Assembly: GCF_001194135.2 (NCBI RefSeq)
Contig: NC_068982.1
Span: 74,959,649 to 75,008,697 of the forward strand
DNA length: 49,049 nucleotides
Reading direction: 5' to 3'
Source of the DNA: Octopus bimaculoides
Lineage: Eukaryota
In this document: positions 1-12,375 of the stretch, in pieces
How positions within the stretch are numbered: position 1 is the stretch's first letter
Layout of the letters: every line of letters starts with the position of its first letter
Position numbers and translations under genes: made by a program
The notes under the pieces: generated by a model
What the model saw: only the letters and a program-made list of their open reading frames with translations
The model's database searches: none
Told to the model about the DNA's origin: nothing

Positions 1-256
1 GGCACATAAAAGACACCATTTCGAGCGTGGCCATTGCCAGTATCGCCTGACTGGCCTTCGTGCAGGTGACACGTAAAAGCACCTACTACACTCTCTGAGT
101 GGTTGGCGTTAGGAAGGGCATCCAGCTGTAGAAACTCTGCCAAATTTAGATTGGAGCCTGGTGTTGCCATCCGGTTTCACCAGTCCTCAGTCAAGTCGTC
201 CAACCCATGCTAGCATGGAAAGCGGACGTTAAACGATGATGATGATGATGATGATA
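1..256 (+). mobile_element. RTE-clade LINE 3' UTR with (GAT)n tail, young copy
   Basis: ggcgttaggaagggcatccagctgtagaaac...catggaaagcggacgttaaac(gat)n. The same UTR follows RTE ORF2 sequence at 10150-11503 and 37858-38177. Confidence 0.85.
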
Positions 257-371
257 TATATATATAGCTACAGCCTTGGGGCTGAAACATAAAAGAATAT
301 ATAAGTACATATATGTGGATGTGTGTGTGTGGATGTGTGTTGTAAAAACTCTCTAAAGAAATCCCTAATAC

Positions 372-492
372 CTTTCTATCTCTTGGGATACTGTTGGAAA
401 ACAACCATCCAACCTCTGCCAGCAGGGAAAAAACAGATGTATGATGGTGACATGTATTTTGTGTTATGTATTTCAGAGAAACTGAGCTTAGC
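372..492 (-). CDS. Candidate exon C (LSSVSLKYITQNTCHHHTSVFSLLAEVGWLFSNSIPRDRK)
   Basis: Acceptor ttgttgtaacgacag|, donor AAG|gtatta, 121 bp open, phase 2-0, in frame after exon B. Confidence 0.25.
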
Positions 493-787
493 CTGTCGTT
501 ACAACAAAAACGTACAACCATGATACACTTCTGTAGTAGTGATGGTGGTGGTAGTAGTAGAAGTATATTTTAATTTTTACATCAACTTCACTTTTCTTCC
601 CTCTGACGGCTAATAACAAAACTCAATACCAGTAATATTGCAGGGTTCACTTTATTTCTTCCTTTCAAATTTGTGGCTTTATACAAACATTCAAACTCAC
701 TGCTTTTAAGTTAAGAGATTAGTGACTCCAAGGCCACACATTTATTTATAGAGTGCTAGAGCTGATAAAATTCAATGCAGTAGATAC

Positions 788-911
788 CTGATATTATTAA
801 GTCCATGGGAATGAAAAACAAAATTACCCTGGCACAAAATGAATGTGGAAGATAAGGGTGGGTGGGACTGAATACAAGGCATTAGGTCAAATATCCTATT
901 GTTTCTACCAT
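788..911 (-). CDS. Candidate exon B (DGRNNRIFDLMPCIQSHPPLSSTFILCQGNFVFHSHGLNNIR)
   Basis: Acceptor attattttag|, donor AG|gtatct, 124 bp open, phase 1-2, in frame after exon A. Confidence 0.25.
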
Positions 912-924
912 CTAAAATAATAAT

Positions 925-1345
925 AATAATAATAATAGTTTCAAATTTTAGCACAAGGCCAGCAATTTTGAAGGGAGTGGGAAGTGAATTACATTGAGCT
1001 CCAGTACTTCACTGGTACTTATCTTATCAGCCCTGAAAGGGTGAAAAGGCAAGGTTGACTCCAGTACATAAAAATCTAGCATTTTTGTTCAATGTGCTGA
1101 CAATTCTGCCATCTTGTCACGTTAATAATAATAATAATCCTTTCTGCTATAAGCACAAGGCCTGAAATTTTGGAGGAGGGAGGCTAGTCGATTACATCAA
1201 CCACAGTGCATAACTGGTACTCATTTCATCAACCACAAAAGATGGAAAGCAAAGTCGACCTTGGCGGAATTTGAACTCAGAACATGAACGAAATTCCATT
1301 GAACATTTTGCCTGTTGTGCTAACGATTCTACCAGCTTGCCATCT
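925..1345 (-). mobile_element. Two tandem copies of a third SINE family with (TTA)n tail
   Basis: Reverse complement has a tRNA-like head with gagttcaaattcc and central gtcgactttgcttttcatc. Other copies at ~6930-7155, 33715-33870 and 37258-37470 (-), and 25180-25310 (+). Confidence 0.7.
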
Positions 1346-1504
1346 TAATAATAAATGATTAATTAATCAATTAATTTTTCATCACTGGGACAAAAACACA
1401 TGTCAATCTCACTGCATTGCACCTTAGACAAGTGACAAACTGTATCTCAAGCCTTACAAGTGGATTTAACAGACAGAAACTGAAAAAGAAGCCTGTTGCG
1501 CATG

Positions 1505-1547
<43 letters not shown>

Positions 1548-2475
1548 TTATGTGCCTTCATGTATGTGCATTATGTTTAAGTCTTCACTCACTCATTTGA
1601 AAGACACAAAATTCACTCAGTTTACTCGATATTTCTCCTGTCAATAAGTTCCATGCTTGCTTCATACTTTCAAAGTCATGGGGAATAAAGGGATTCCTTA
1701 CTTGAAAAACAGATAAAGGTTATCAGCAGGAAGGGCATTCAGCTGTTAAACAATGCCTTGATAATTTATCTAACCAATGTTGGCACGCAAAAAAATGGAT
1801 ATAAAACACACACATACCTTTCAGTTTCTGTCTAACAAATTCTTTCACATAGCATTGGTCAGTCCAGACTATAGTAGAAAGCACACACCCAAGATATCAT
1901 ATAGTGGGACTGAACCCAAAACTTCTGGAGGGAAAAGTGAATTCTTAACCACACAGTCATGCCTGCATTTAATCTTAATACCATAATTGTAATTTGCAGC
2001 TCATTCTCTAAGACAATTATAGTAGTGCACATTGAAACCTAGCTATAATAATATCACTTAAGCTGATAATAAATATCACTTTGCCTGATGGCTAAAAGCC
2101 ATTATGAAATGAAGAATGTAAAAGATCTAAAGATAATGATACAAGAATTCTAAAGCGAACGTTAGTAAACAATGACAGTTAATCTATTTTATTAAAAGAA
2201 AACAAACACAAAAAACAAAACTTCAATAAAATGATTACAAGAATATTCCTTTTTGGAAATTACTTTGAATTCATCAATAAAGTGGAGTGGGGTGCAACAA
2301 GTCCACCTTAGTAAATAAATGAAAAATAAGTAAAAATATAAACATTAACTTAACATAATTTTACACATGTTAAAACTATGGTGCAAATAAGCTGTGTGAT
2401 TTATTGAGAGTTTCTCTCCCTGATGTAAATTTTAGTGTTACGTATTTTATGTTATGTGTTGCAATAAAGCTTTAA

Positions 2476-3091
2476 CCCTTTTGATCCTAGCCTCCTTGAG
2501 ATCACTCCTGGTCCTATTATTCAAATGAAGGTGATCTAAATTAAAATTTCCAGCAAGATTAAATTTGTCAAAGCTCTGGCTTAAAAACTGCAAAGTTATT
2601 TTACAAAATTATTAATTATTTTCAAAATTAATTGAAATAAAGGCAACGTCATTCAAAAGAAATATACTACCAAAAGGGTTGATCCATGTGATACTAACCT
2701 GCCAGGTTCTACAACACAAAACTATTTTAACTCTTTAGTATTTAAACCAGCCATATCCAGCCTAAATATTCTACTTGTTTTATAATCAAACTGGCTAGAT
2801 CCAGCCTCTCACACTTATCCTACAACGTCATTTAAAAATAGACAATCACATCATCAAAATCATGAAACTACAAACTTAATGCAGAATTAATTCAAAACAA
2901 TGTGAATAAACAAGCATCACATTTGACTAAGTAATATGAATGCTAAAGAGTTAAAGCAATCTAAATTAAAACATTCCATCAAAGTTTCATGTTAATTTAT
3001 GTTGCAAACCCCAAGTTAATAACCACTAAATTATTTCTCTAAATTATTTAGTTTCAAAATGAATTTCAACAGAAATATAGTAACAAAAGGA
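2476..3091 (+). mobile_element. Two tandem piggyBac-type (TTAA) MITE copies, family B; the second is interrupted by family A
   Basis: TTAA|CCCTTTTG...CAAAAGGG|TTGA (2476-2678), then a second collinear copy to 3091|TTAA. Confidence 0.7.
2731..2950 (+). mobile_element. piggyBac-type MITE, family A
   Basis: TTAA|CTCTTTAGTATT...AATGCTAAAGAG|TTAA. Confidence 0.8.
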
Positions 3092-3198
3092 TTAAACCCA
3101 ATCCAACAACATTAAAAGTTATTGTTGTAGCTTGAATGTCCCCTACCCACCAGCCCAAGCTCCCAGTTATAATATATTCCATGTTTTAGCCTACATAC

Positions 3199-3360
3199 CA
3201 ATCACTGGCACCATTCCAGCTACTCCCAACAGCTGTGTTAAATAGGGAACATAAAATAAAGTGTACCATCCAAATACAGAATGGAACACCTGTAATATAT
3301 CAGAACTCAGTACCTGGAGATGGTTAATCCAATAGCCTGTCCACTTGGTTAATTTTACAT
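3199..3360 (-). CDS. Candidate exon A of an unidentified peptide (VKLTKWTGYWINHLQVLSSDILQVFHSVFGWYTLFYVPYLTQLLGVAGMVPVI)
   Basis: Acceptor tatgtttttttag|, donor G|gtatgt, 162 bp open (phase 1-1). No homology recognised. Confidence 0.3.
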
Positions 3361-4369
3361 CTAAAAAAACATATAGGTAGATACCTAGAATTAAGGTTCT
3401 TTATGATATCATACACAATTAACAGCCTGGCTCTCCTCAACCATGAAGTCACGTGGTCTAGTGATCAGGGCATTGGATTCACAATTGTAAGATCATGGTT
3501 TTGATTCCCAGACAGAGTGGTGCATAGTGTTCTTGAGCAGAACATTTCATTTCACAATGCTCCAATCTACTCAGCTGTAAATGACTTCCAGTAGCAGCTT
3601 AGAAGTTGACCCTACAACATACCATCATCCAATTCATGGTTAAGTATTGTAGTCTCAGTTATTTATACACCACAGAAACCAATTAAGCTCTAGCCCAATG
3701 AATCTTACAGCTCATGACAGTCCTCTGTCCCCTCAGTGGAGGAACGCAGCTTAGTGGTTACGGTGTTAGACTCATGATCGTAAGATTGTGGTTTCAATTC
3801 CTGGACTGGGCAACAATGAGAAATCTCATGACGAACCAGCATCCTGTCCAGGTGGAGAACTTATACACCATGAAACTGGGAAACCGGCCCTTATGAGTCA
3901 GCCTCAACCAGTAAGCATAAGTTGCAAGGAAGAAGCTAGAAGGAAGAAGCAGGATGAATTTGCATATAAATTATCTGTGATCTCTAGTTTTCTTAGACCT
4001 GATATAGCTACTCAATCCCTACAGTTCTTTTATTTAAGAACCCTATCCATCAATTTCATTTTTCTATATTCTCCATATGTCAACAACTCATGATGTTTTT
4101 CACAATATACATCATATACAGACATCATATTGCTGGCATTCAATGGCTGACATTGTATACATTGACTTTTGATGTTAAGTGGTTTTCTTATCTCAAGATA
4201 ATCCTTCACACTCAACATGTCCATCTTCTCTCTTTCCAGATTAACTGCAATCACTGGACATGTTCCACCATCAAGTGCATATCCAACTCTCTCTCTCTCT
4301 CTCTCCCAATAAAGTGTTCCTTCTATATGGAGAGAAATCATTTATGGATAATAAAATAAACAAAAATAA

Positions 4370-4765
4370 TTATGGCTTGCTATGTGATAAGAAAGTTGCT
4401 TCCCAACAACATGGTTTCAGGTTCAGTCCTACTGCATAGCATCTTAGGCAAGTGTTTTCTACATATAATCCCTGGCTGACTAAAGCCTTGAGTGAGTTTG
4501 GTAGATGGAAACTGGAAGAAGCCCATCTAACACACGTGTGTGTGTCTTGACTTCATGCAAAAGTTGTAAACAAGCATTACTTTCACATGAGCAATGTCAT
4601 TTGTTTCCAATTTTCTATGGAAACATGTCTGCCCATGAGGAAATATTACCTTGCTTAGAAATAGATATGGGTTGGTGACAGGAAGAGGATCCAGCTGCAG
4701 AAAATCTGCTTCAATGAATTCTGACACATGCAATTGTGGAAAAGTGAATGTTGAAACAATGATGA
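4370..4765 (+). mobile_element. tRNA-head SINE carrying an RTE-like 3' tail
   Basis: Same head and CORE-like segment, then ...ggaagaggatccagctgcagaaaatctgc...tggaaaagtgaatgttgaaacaatgatgat. Similar copies at ~7325-7910 and 27225-27650. Confidence 0.7.
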
Positions 4766-5613
4766 TAAATATCCCTGTTTAGAAGATGATCTTTTTCTTA
4801 CAAAAAAGGAATTAGGATCAGAGAGTGAGTCAGTAAAACAAAACTCTGCTGATCCTATTCACTATTAAACAAGCTCATTGTCAACAGGATCTGTAAGGGT
4901 TTTCTTTTTTTTCATTATCATCATTTAACACCCACTTGTACATGCTTTCATGGGTCAGACAGAATTTGTTGAGGCAGTTTTTCTACAGTTGGATGCCCTC
5001 CCTGTTCCTAAACCTCACCTGATTCCAAGCAAGATTATATTTCCCCGTGGTCAGACACGTTTTTCACAAATGATTGCAAATTAATAACCATCCTTGTATG
5101 ATGATGATGTTCATTTACAACAATCATGTGATGTCAAGATAAAGTCACACTTGTGTCTATTATACATTTATATAGTTACTTCTAATAACCAGTTTCATCA
5201 CTTTATTTATTTCTGAAAACTAGGACATTGCTTTTAACCTTTCACCACATTCCTGACCAGGACATGTGGTAACAGGAAAGAAAGCTTACAAGGAATTAAG
5301 TGCACTTAAGTGTGTAAATGTGAAATAAATAGTTTTTATATTATTTTTTTATTGGATTATGAAGATATTGTATACGTGTGTCTGATGGGGAGGGAGACCG
5401 AGGCCAGTTACGAACTACCATTTATATCAGCCTAGGTCAAAATAAAAAGTTTGTTTACAGGTAACAACAGTTATAAATATTAGGGATGCTGAGTCAAAAA
5501 AATGGTAAGATTCAAAAATAGACATAAATAACTTAAATATTCCTTTGTTATTTAATCAGTGTTAATCATAGTACTACACAGGCAAGATAAAAAAAAAATT
5601 ATCTTTAAATCCC

Positions 5614-5649
<36 letters not shown>

Positions 5650-7170
5650 CTAAGTAAAGCAGTACTTTAGATATTTTCCTAAAATGCATTACTAAAGAAA
5701 ACAGTTCTAGATAGGGACGTCATTGTAACATAGCATAAATATAGATATGAGATAGAGGGGCTATTTATAACAGTAATACAGACAAAACTGATGGTGACGA
5801 ACGCTAAATGACTGAAAACTCCAAAAACTCACTCATTCTAACACCTTTCAACTTTTTAATAACTTTAGATCATAATATGTAATGCAATTTTGTGTGAGGT
5901 TATCTAAAGTTATGATGAAAACATGGAAAATGTTTAATTTAGTTTAATTTATTTGCTTCAGGTTAAGTTATGCTGACAATTTCTAATTACATAAGCTTAG
6001 GAAATTTTTTTAAATTTTGTAATGAGTAATTAAAAAAACTTAAATCATATATCCAATGCATCTTTTTTGTTGATCTTCAATTTGAAATTCAAACTTGTAA
6101 TCCCACCAAAATTTATCTAGAAATGATTATCTCTCTTACAATAAATGGCCACCAGGATAAGTTAATTCTCTTGAAAGACACTAGTTCCTGAATTTCTTTT
6201 TCTAGGTAAAAATGTTGTTCTTAAATTTTATTTATTTTATTCCATCTTCACTTTTACTAATATGGGACAGCAGACAGTACGATAGCAAAAAAAGATATCC
6301 CAGTTCTTTGTTATTCTTAAAAGTACCTTTTTATTTATTTTACCTATTCTTTTTCACTTCCTATTAAAGAATATTCTCTATGAAATAAAATCAAAGTCTC
6401 TGAAGCAATGAAAAATAAGACATGAGAGGATACAGGCAATGGACAAGAGACGAACAAAGAGAAAGGAGACAGGAAAACACAATAAACTTAAAATAAAACC
6501 AAGAGATAAAATGAAAAAGAGCCGACAAGATTGAACATGAAATTGCAGGATACTAATGGTATATGAGAAAAGTTAACAGATACAAAAGAGAGAACCCTCC
6601 CTAGACATTGAACAGCAGGCTGACTGCATAGAATACTATCAAAAGATAGATAGAAGTGTGACAAAATAACATGAATGAAATACAACAGTCAGAATATGAG
6701 GAAGAACTAACAGAAAGTAACTGAATATAACTTGCAAAACTGAACATGGAATGGTTGCTTAATTTGAGGAATATTAAAACTAAAAGACAATGTCATAGAA
6801 TTATATGCTCATTGGCTCATTGTCATAGAAATTTTCTAAATAATGAAATGATGTTATAAAGGCATGTAAATTTATGCATCATAATAAAAGAAGTTTTATA
6901 AAATGTGAAATTTCCATGGCTTCTGCTTGCAATAATAATCCTCTCTATTATAGGCACAAGGCCTGAAATTTGGGGGGGAGGGGACTAGTCAATTACATCA
7001 ACTCCAGTGTTTCACAGCTACTTAATTTATCGACCCTGAAAGGATAAAAGGCTAAGCTGACCTCAGTGGAATTTGAACTCAGAACATAGCAATGGACGAA
7101 ATACCGCTAAGCATTTCATCTAGCATGCTAACAATTCAGCCAGTTCACCACCTTGCCTGCTTGCTATAAC

Positions 7171-7201
<31 letters not shown>

Positions 7202-7478
7202 TAGTGATGTAGCACTAAAAATACTCTCTCCAAGAAAAAGAAGAATGCTTAAACAAATCATTGTTTAATGATGCAACACTAAATAATGTATTACTATAGA
7301 TAGATGAGAGTATGCACAAGTATACAAGTGTGGCCGAGTGATTAAGAAGTTCATTTGCCAATCGCATGATTTGGGGTTCAGGCCCACTACATGTCACCTT
7401 CATGTGTCTTCTACTATAGCCCCAGGTCATCTAAAGCCTTGTGGATGGATCTGGTAGATGGAAACTGAAAAGAGACCT

Positions 7479-7545
<67 letters not shown>

Positions 7546-9344
7546 GTGTATGTGTAACTGAGTGAGTGAACAAGACTGGATGTGTGAGAGTAAGTGAGCG
7601 AGAGTGGGTGTGGCAGTGTGTGTGAGCGGGTGTGAGAGAGAGTGGGTGCATGTGAGTGTGTGTGTGCACACACGTATATAGATTTGTCTTATTGTCTTCA
7701 CATCATGTGACAGTTGTGAATGGTTGTCACTGTCATACAAGTAGTGTCATTCATTTCTAATGTTCTGCGAAAACATGTTTTCACAGAATATATTACATTG
7801 CTTGGACACAAGTGAGGGTTAGCAACTGGAAGGACACCTGGCTCTAGAAAATTTGCCCCAATTAACTTCATGCAAGCATGGAAAAATGGAAATTATGATG
7901 CTGATGATGATCTAACATACATACATTTTGTGGCGAATGAACACAAAGTCATTCTCTTCTATTATATCAAAGCTTTCTCATAAACAATGTCCTTTGTTTT
8001 CCCTTGTGGAGCATGCAAATAGGTGTTTTTGTTCTCTAATACACTGATGCAGATTGACCATAAGTGAAGCAGTCTTCGTCCAGTGGGAATTGAGTCACCT
8101 TTATTACCTGGCCATAATTTATGCCGTTCATTTGTCAATATGTATACTACCTCTACAGACTTTCAAATATTGGCAACACATTAAACCATATAACTCAGAT
8201 GTAGTTCGATAAGAAACTTGTCACTGATCTGGCGTAGTTAACTGCACTCAATGAGCGACTAATAAACAAGGAGCAATTCAAGAGAAAGTAATATATATCA
8301 TTGTAATATATATCTATGTCCAGAAGTTTAATTAATAAAGTATAGAAAGTAAAGCCATCTGAATAATTATGCAGCCCTTCTACAGCAAGAAACCTGTTCT
8401 CTTATGCTTTAACTTCTCATCTCCAAGCATAGACCTACCTCTCTCAGGGGGGTGTCTTAGTCTTGTAAGCTGCATAGCAACCTCACTAATGCTGGTAACT
8501 TGTAAAAAGCACCTAGTACATGCTGTAAAGTGATTGGCATAAGGAAGGCCATCCAACCATAGAAACTATGCCAAAAGCAGTAATCCACATTTCTATGCTT
8601 GCATGTTTGGTCAGAGAGTTTATTGATGAAACTTTTCTACAGCCAGACACCCTCCTTGTTGCCAACTCTAATCTGTCTCCAAGCATGGTAATATCTCTCC
8701 ATAACCAGATAATGTTTATGCTGAATACTGGAAATTCATGACACAGCTTGTATGACAGTAACAGTTATCACATGACCAAGAGAGGAGAAATACATCCTTC
8801 AGGCAGGCTTTAGATTACTGGTTCAGAAATGTATAGCATCGCTTGTATGACTGATGCTCATTGACAACTATCATGTGATAGCAAGATATGGGTACATACA
8901 TAAATGTGTGTGCACGCGTGCATATGTATATCATGGACTACCCTGTTGCTAGACGATGTATATGGGGTTCTACAATTTCTTGCAGAACAACCACACGGAT
9001 GGTTTTTTTTATACAGCGATCAAATGTGTGTGTACACATAAGCTCGCTCCCTCCATCAAGTCGACATTACCTGTACAGATACACAACATGCCACATGTCA
9101 GATGACATAATGATTGCCAAGCATCATGAAATGAAGTGTTTTACTCAAGAACAGAATGCAACAGCCAGTCTGGGAAACAAAACCACAATTGTGAGGGCAA
9201 TAACCTAACCATTATATTTGTTTCTATGTCCACTTATGATAAAAATAATTTAACATTGAAGAAACTACTCAGTAGTTTTTTTCTCTAAAGCACATGTTTA
9301 GTAAAATTTTACTGAGAGATGGATGACAGTGACTTCAAAGTTTG

Positions 9345-9380
<36 letters not shown>

Positions 9381-9519
9381 CACATGCATGCACACATAAG
9401 CTTCTTTCAGTTTCCATTTAATACATCCAAAACTAGATACCTGGGAAGCAAGCATTTTAATTACACAGCCATGCCTGACATGTACAGTAATAAAAAATTC
9501 CATCCAAGTCCTATCTTAA

Positions 9520-9731
9520 CCCTTTAGCTTTCAGATTACTGTTAAATGTAATGTTTATTCACACCATTTTGAATTGATCAAGCATTATCTCGTAGCTTCA
9601 AGATTTCAATGATGTGATTGTTAATTTTTACGATGACATTAAGAGTAGTTGTGAGAGGCCTGATCTGGCTGGTTTGAATATAAAGCAGTAGAATATTTCG
9701 ACTGGATATGGCCAGTTTAAACACTAAAGGA
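9520..9731 (-). mobile_element. piggyBac-type MITE, family A, reverse orientation
   Basis: TTAA|CCCTTTAGC...ACTAAAGGA|TTAA; interior is the reverse complement of 2731-2950. Confidence 0.75.
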
Positions 9732-9884
9732 TTAAAGGACACAATTTTTTGCTATAAACTCAGCACAGTTTTCTTATACACAAGTCGCTATATTAACGTA
9801 AGGAAGTAAAATCATGGTTGTCCTTGCATACAGGCATGTCCCCTGCATCCCTCTTCAGCAGAGCATTCCTAATCTTGTGGGCTC

Positions 9885-10097
9885 GTGGGTGCTGATGCCA
9901 CATAAAAAGCACCAGTGCCAGTGCTGTGTAAAAGCACCCAATATACTCTGTAAAGTGGTTGACATTAGGAAGGGCATCTAGCCATAGAAACCATGCCAAA
10001 ACAGACATGGAGCCCAAGCAGCTCTTCAGCTGGCCAACTCCTGTCAAACTGCCCAACCTATACCAGCATGGAAAACAGTCTTTAAATGATGATGATC
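9885..10097 (+). mobile_element. Older RTE 3' UTR copy
   Basis: Diverged UTR ending ttaaatgatgatgat. Similar remnants at about 8430-8580, 29388-29560 and 38990-39208 (+), and 26645-26807, 42222-42400 and 43322-43465 (-). Confidence 0.7.
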
Positions 10098-10149
10098 ATC
10101 ATGGTCAATGGTTCTTATTTGAAACCAATTCATATTACTGCTACCACTA

Positions 10150-11503
10150 CATCATCATCATCATCATCATCATCATCGTTTAACACCCGCTTTCCATGCT
10201 AGCATGGGTTGGACGATTTGACTGAGGACTGGTGCAACCGGATGGCTACACCAGGCTCCAATCTAATTTGGCAGAGTTTCTACAGCTGGGTGCCCTTCCT
10301 AACGCCAACCACTCAGAGAGTGTAGTGGGTGCTTTTACGTGTCACCCGCACGAAAACGGCCACGCTCGAAATGGTGTCTTTTATGTGCCACCCGCACAAG
10401 AGCCAGTCCAGGGGCACTGGCAACGATCTCGCTCGAAAACCCTACAAGGCCAGTCAGGCGGTACTGGCAACGGTCACGCTNNNNNNNNNNNNNNNNNNNN
10501 NNNNNNNNNNNNNNNNNNNNNNNNNNNNNNNNNNNNNNNNNNNNNNNNNNNNNNNNNNNNNNNNNNNNNNNNNNNNNNNNNNNNNNNNNNNNNNNNNNNN
10601 NNNNNNNNNNNNNNNNNNNNNNNNNNNNNNNNNNNNNNNNNNNNNNNNNNNNNNNNNNNNNNNNNNNNNNNNNNNNNNNNNNNNNNNNNNNNNNNNNNNN
10701 NNNNNNNNNNNNNNNNNNNNNNNNNNNNNNNNNNNNNNNNNNNNNNNNNNNNNNNNNNNNNNNNNNNNNNNNNNNNNNNNNNNNNNNNNNNNNNNNNNNN
10801 NNNNNNNNNNNNNNNNNNNNNNNNNNNNNNNNNNNNNNNNNNNNNNNNNNNNNNNNNNNNNNNNNNNNNNNNNNNNNNNNNNNNNNNNNNNNNNNNNNNN
10901 NNNNNNNNNNNNNNNNNNNNNNNNNNNNNNNNNNNNNNNNNNNNNNNNNNNNNNNNNNNNNNNNNNNNNNNNNNNNNNNNNNNNNNNNNNNNNNNNNNNN
11001 NNNNNNNNNNNNNNNNNNNNNNNNNNNNNNNNNNNNNNNNNNNNNNNNNNNNNNNNNNNNNNNNNNNNNNNNNNNNNNNNNNNNNNNNNNNNNNNNNNNN
11101 NNNNNNNNNNNNNNNNNNNNNNNNNNNNNNNNNNNNNNNNNNNNNNNNNNNNNNNNNNNNNNNNNNNNNNNNNNNNNNNNNNNNNNNNNNNNNNNNNNNN
11201 NNNNNNNNNNNNNNNNNNTAGCATGGCTGTTCGTACACATGCGTCATACAGTCTGCCTTTTACCCTGAGTGAGAGTCCCTTTGTCGCCAGCAGAGGTAAG
11301 AGCTCTCTAAACTTGGCCCAGGCTATTCTTATTCTAGCAGTTACACTTTCAGCGCACCCACCCCCACTACTAACTTGGTCACCCAGATAGCGGAAGCTAT
11401 CAACTACCTCTAGTTTTTCTCCCTGGAATGAGATAGAAGTTGTTTCCTGTTTGTTTACAGTGTTTATTGCACCTGAACATCTGCCACATACAAAAACTAA
11501 CTT
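10150..11503 (-). mobile_element. 5'-truncated young RTE-clade LINE spanning a gap
   Basis: (ATC)n tail and UTR at 10150-10480. 11219-11503 reads 95 open codons: KLVFVCGRCSGAINTVNKQETTSISFQGEKLEVVDSFRYLGDQVSSGGGCAESVTARIRIAWAKFRELLPLLATKGLSLRVKGRLYDACVRTAML. The ..F.YLG..V...G.......RI..AW..F pattern is typical of the C-terminal RT region of RTE ORF2. Confidence 0.9.
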
Positions 11504-11870
11504 TTAGCATTGTGACATTCTTTGGAGTAGCACTGGACAATATTATTCTGTAACATTAAATTATGTGATGCTGATCTGATAAAAAAAAAAAATATTAATC
11601 TCATTCATCACCCAAACATCTTGAGTTAGAGAAAGCAAAAGCATTCAAATTTGACTGATAAATGGCTGAGCTCAACAGATTAAAGATGAAGAAACATCTC
11701 AAGAATGTTTATACGAAGAAGTAATCTAAACAGGTGCCGTATTAATAGCATAGACAAAAGTAGTTTATGAGAAAACTATAATAACAGAAAGTTAAACCAC
11801 AACTAAACAAAATGATGTGGATCTTGAGAGAAGGATTAATTATAACTATATAAATTTTTTTTATGTGAAC

Positions 11871-11902
<32 letters not shown>

Positions 11903-11905
<3 letters not shown>

Positions 11906-12333
11906 AACTTGTTGCCAGTTCAAATATGCTTGAGGCATGCTTGAACCTGCAAGAAAGTCATTCACTGTATTTTGAAAATTTTTCACTGAAGACAAATAGG
12001 TACAAATACACCAAGTCAGCTTACAGCACCACCTAACTAGACTGTGAGATGCATGCATTTCGGAGTAGTTATCTCCTCTTCAGCCACAGAAACTGGAAAA
12101 GCAAGTGTTGCAAACTGATACAAGAGACAGGTCTTTCTTATGATATCCCCATCATCATTTAATGAATAATTGTGATATTCAGCAGCTTGCAGTAAATAAA
12201 ATACAGGGTGACAGCACTAAGCAGCGCTGTGTATAAATACAAACTTGTTACCAGTTTGCAGTGGTACAGTGAATGGCTTTCTTGCTGGTTCAAACATGCA
12301 TCGAGCATATTTGAACTGGTAACAAAAGTTTGT
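11903..12333. repeat. Inverted repeat with ~67-bp arms (11903-11969 / 12265-12333)
   Basis: acaaacttgttgccagttcaaatatgcttgaggcatgcttgaacctgcaagaaagtcattcactgta pairs with tacagtgaatggctttcttgctggttcaaacatgcatcgagcatatttgaactggtaacaaaagtttgt. Confidence 0.85.
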
Positions 12334-12375
12334 CTTTATACACATCACTGCTTAGTGCTGTCATATATATGTATA

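Noticed and set aside
4030-4341. 103-aa minus-strand ORF
   Set aside because: Crosses a (GA)n tract. YRKMKLMDRVLK faintly resembles RTE ORF2, so it is at best an old LINE remnant.
10232-11390. Long ORFs in the track spanning 10.2-11.4 kb (also 27.7-28.7, 31.5-32.2 and 47.4-48.3 kb)
   Set aside because: They are artefacts of translating N runs. Only the RTE frame at 11219-11503 is real.
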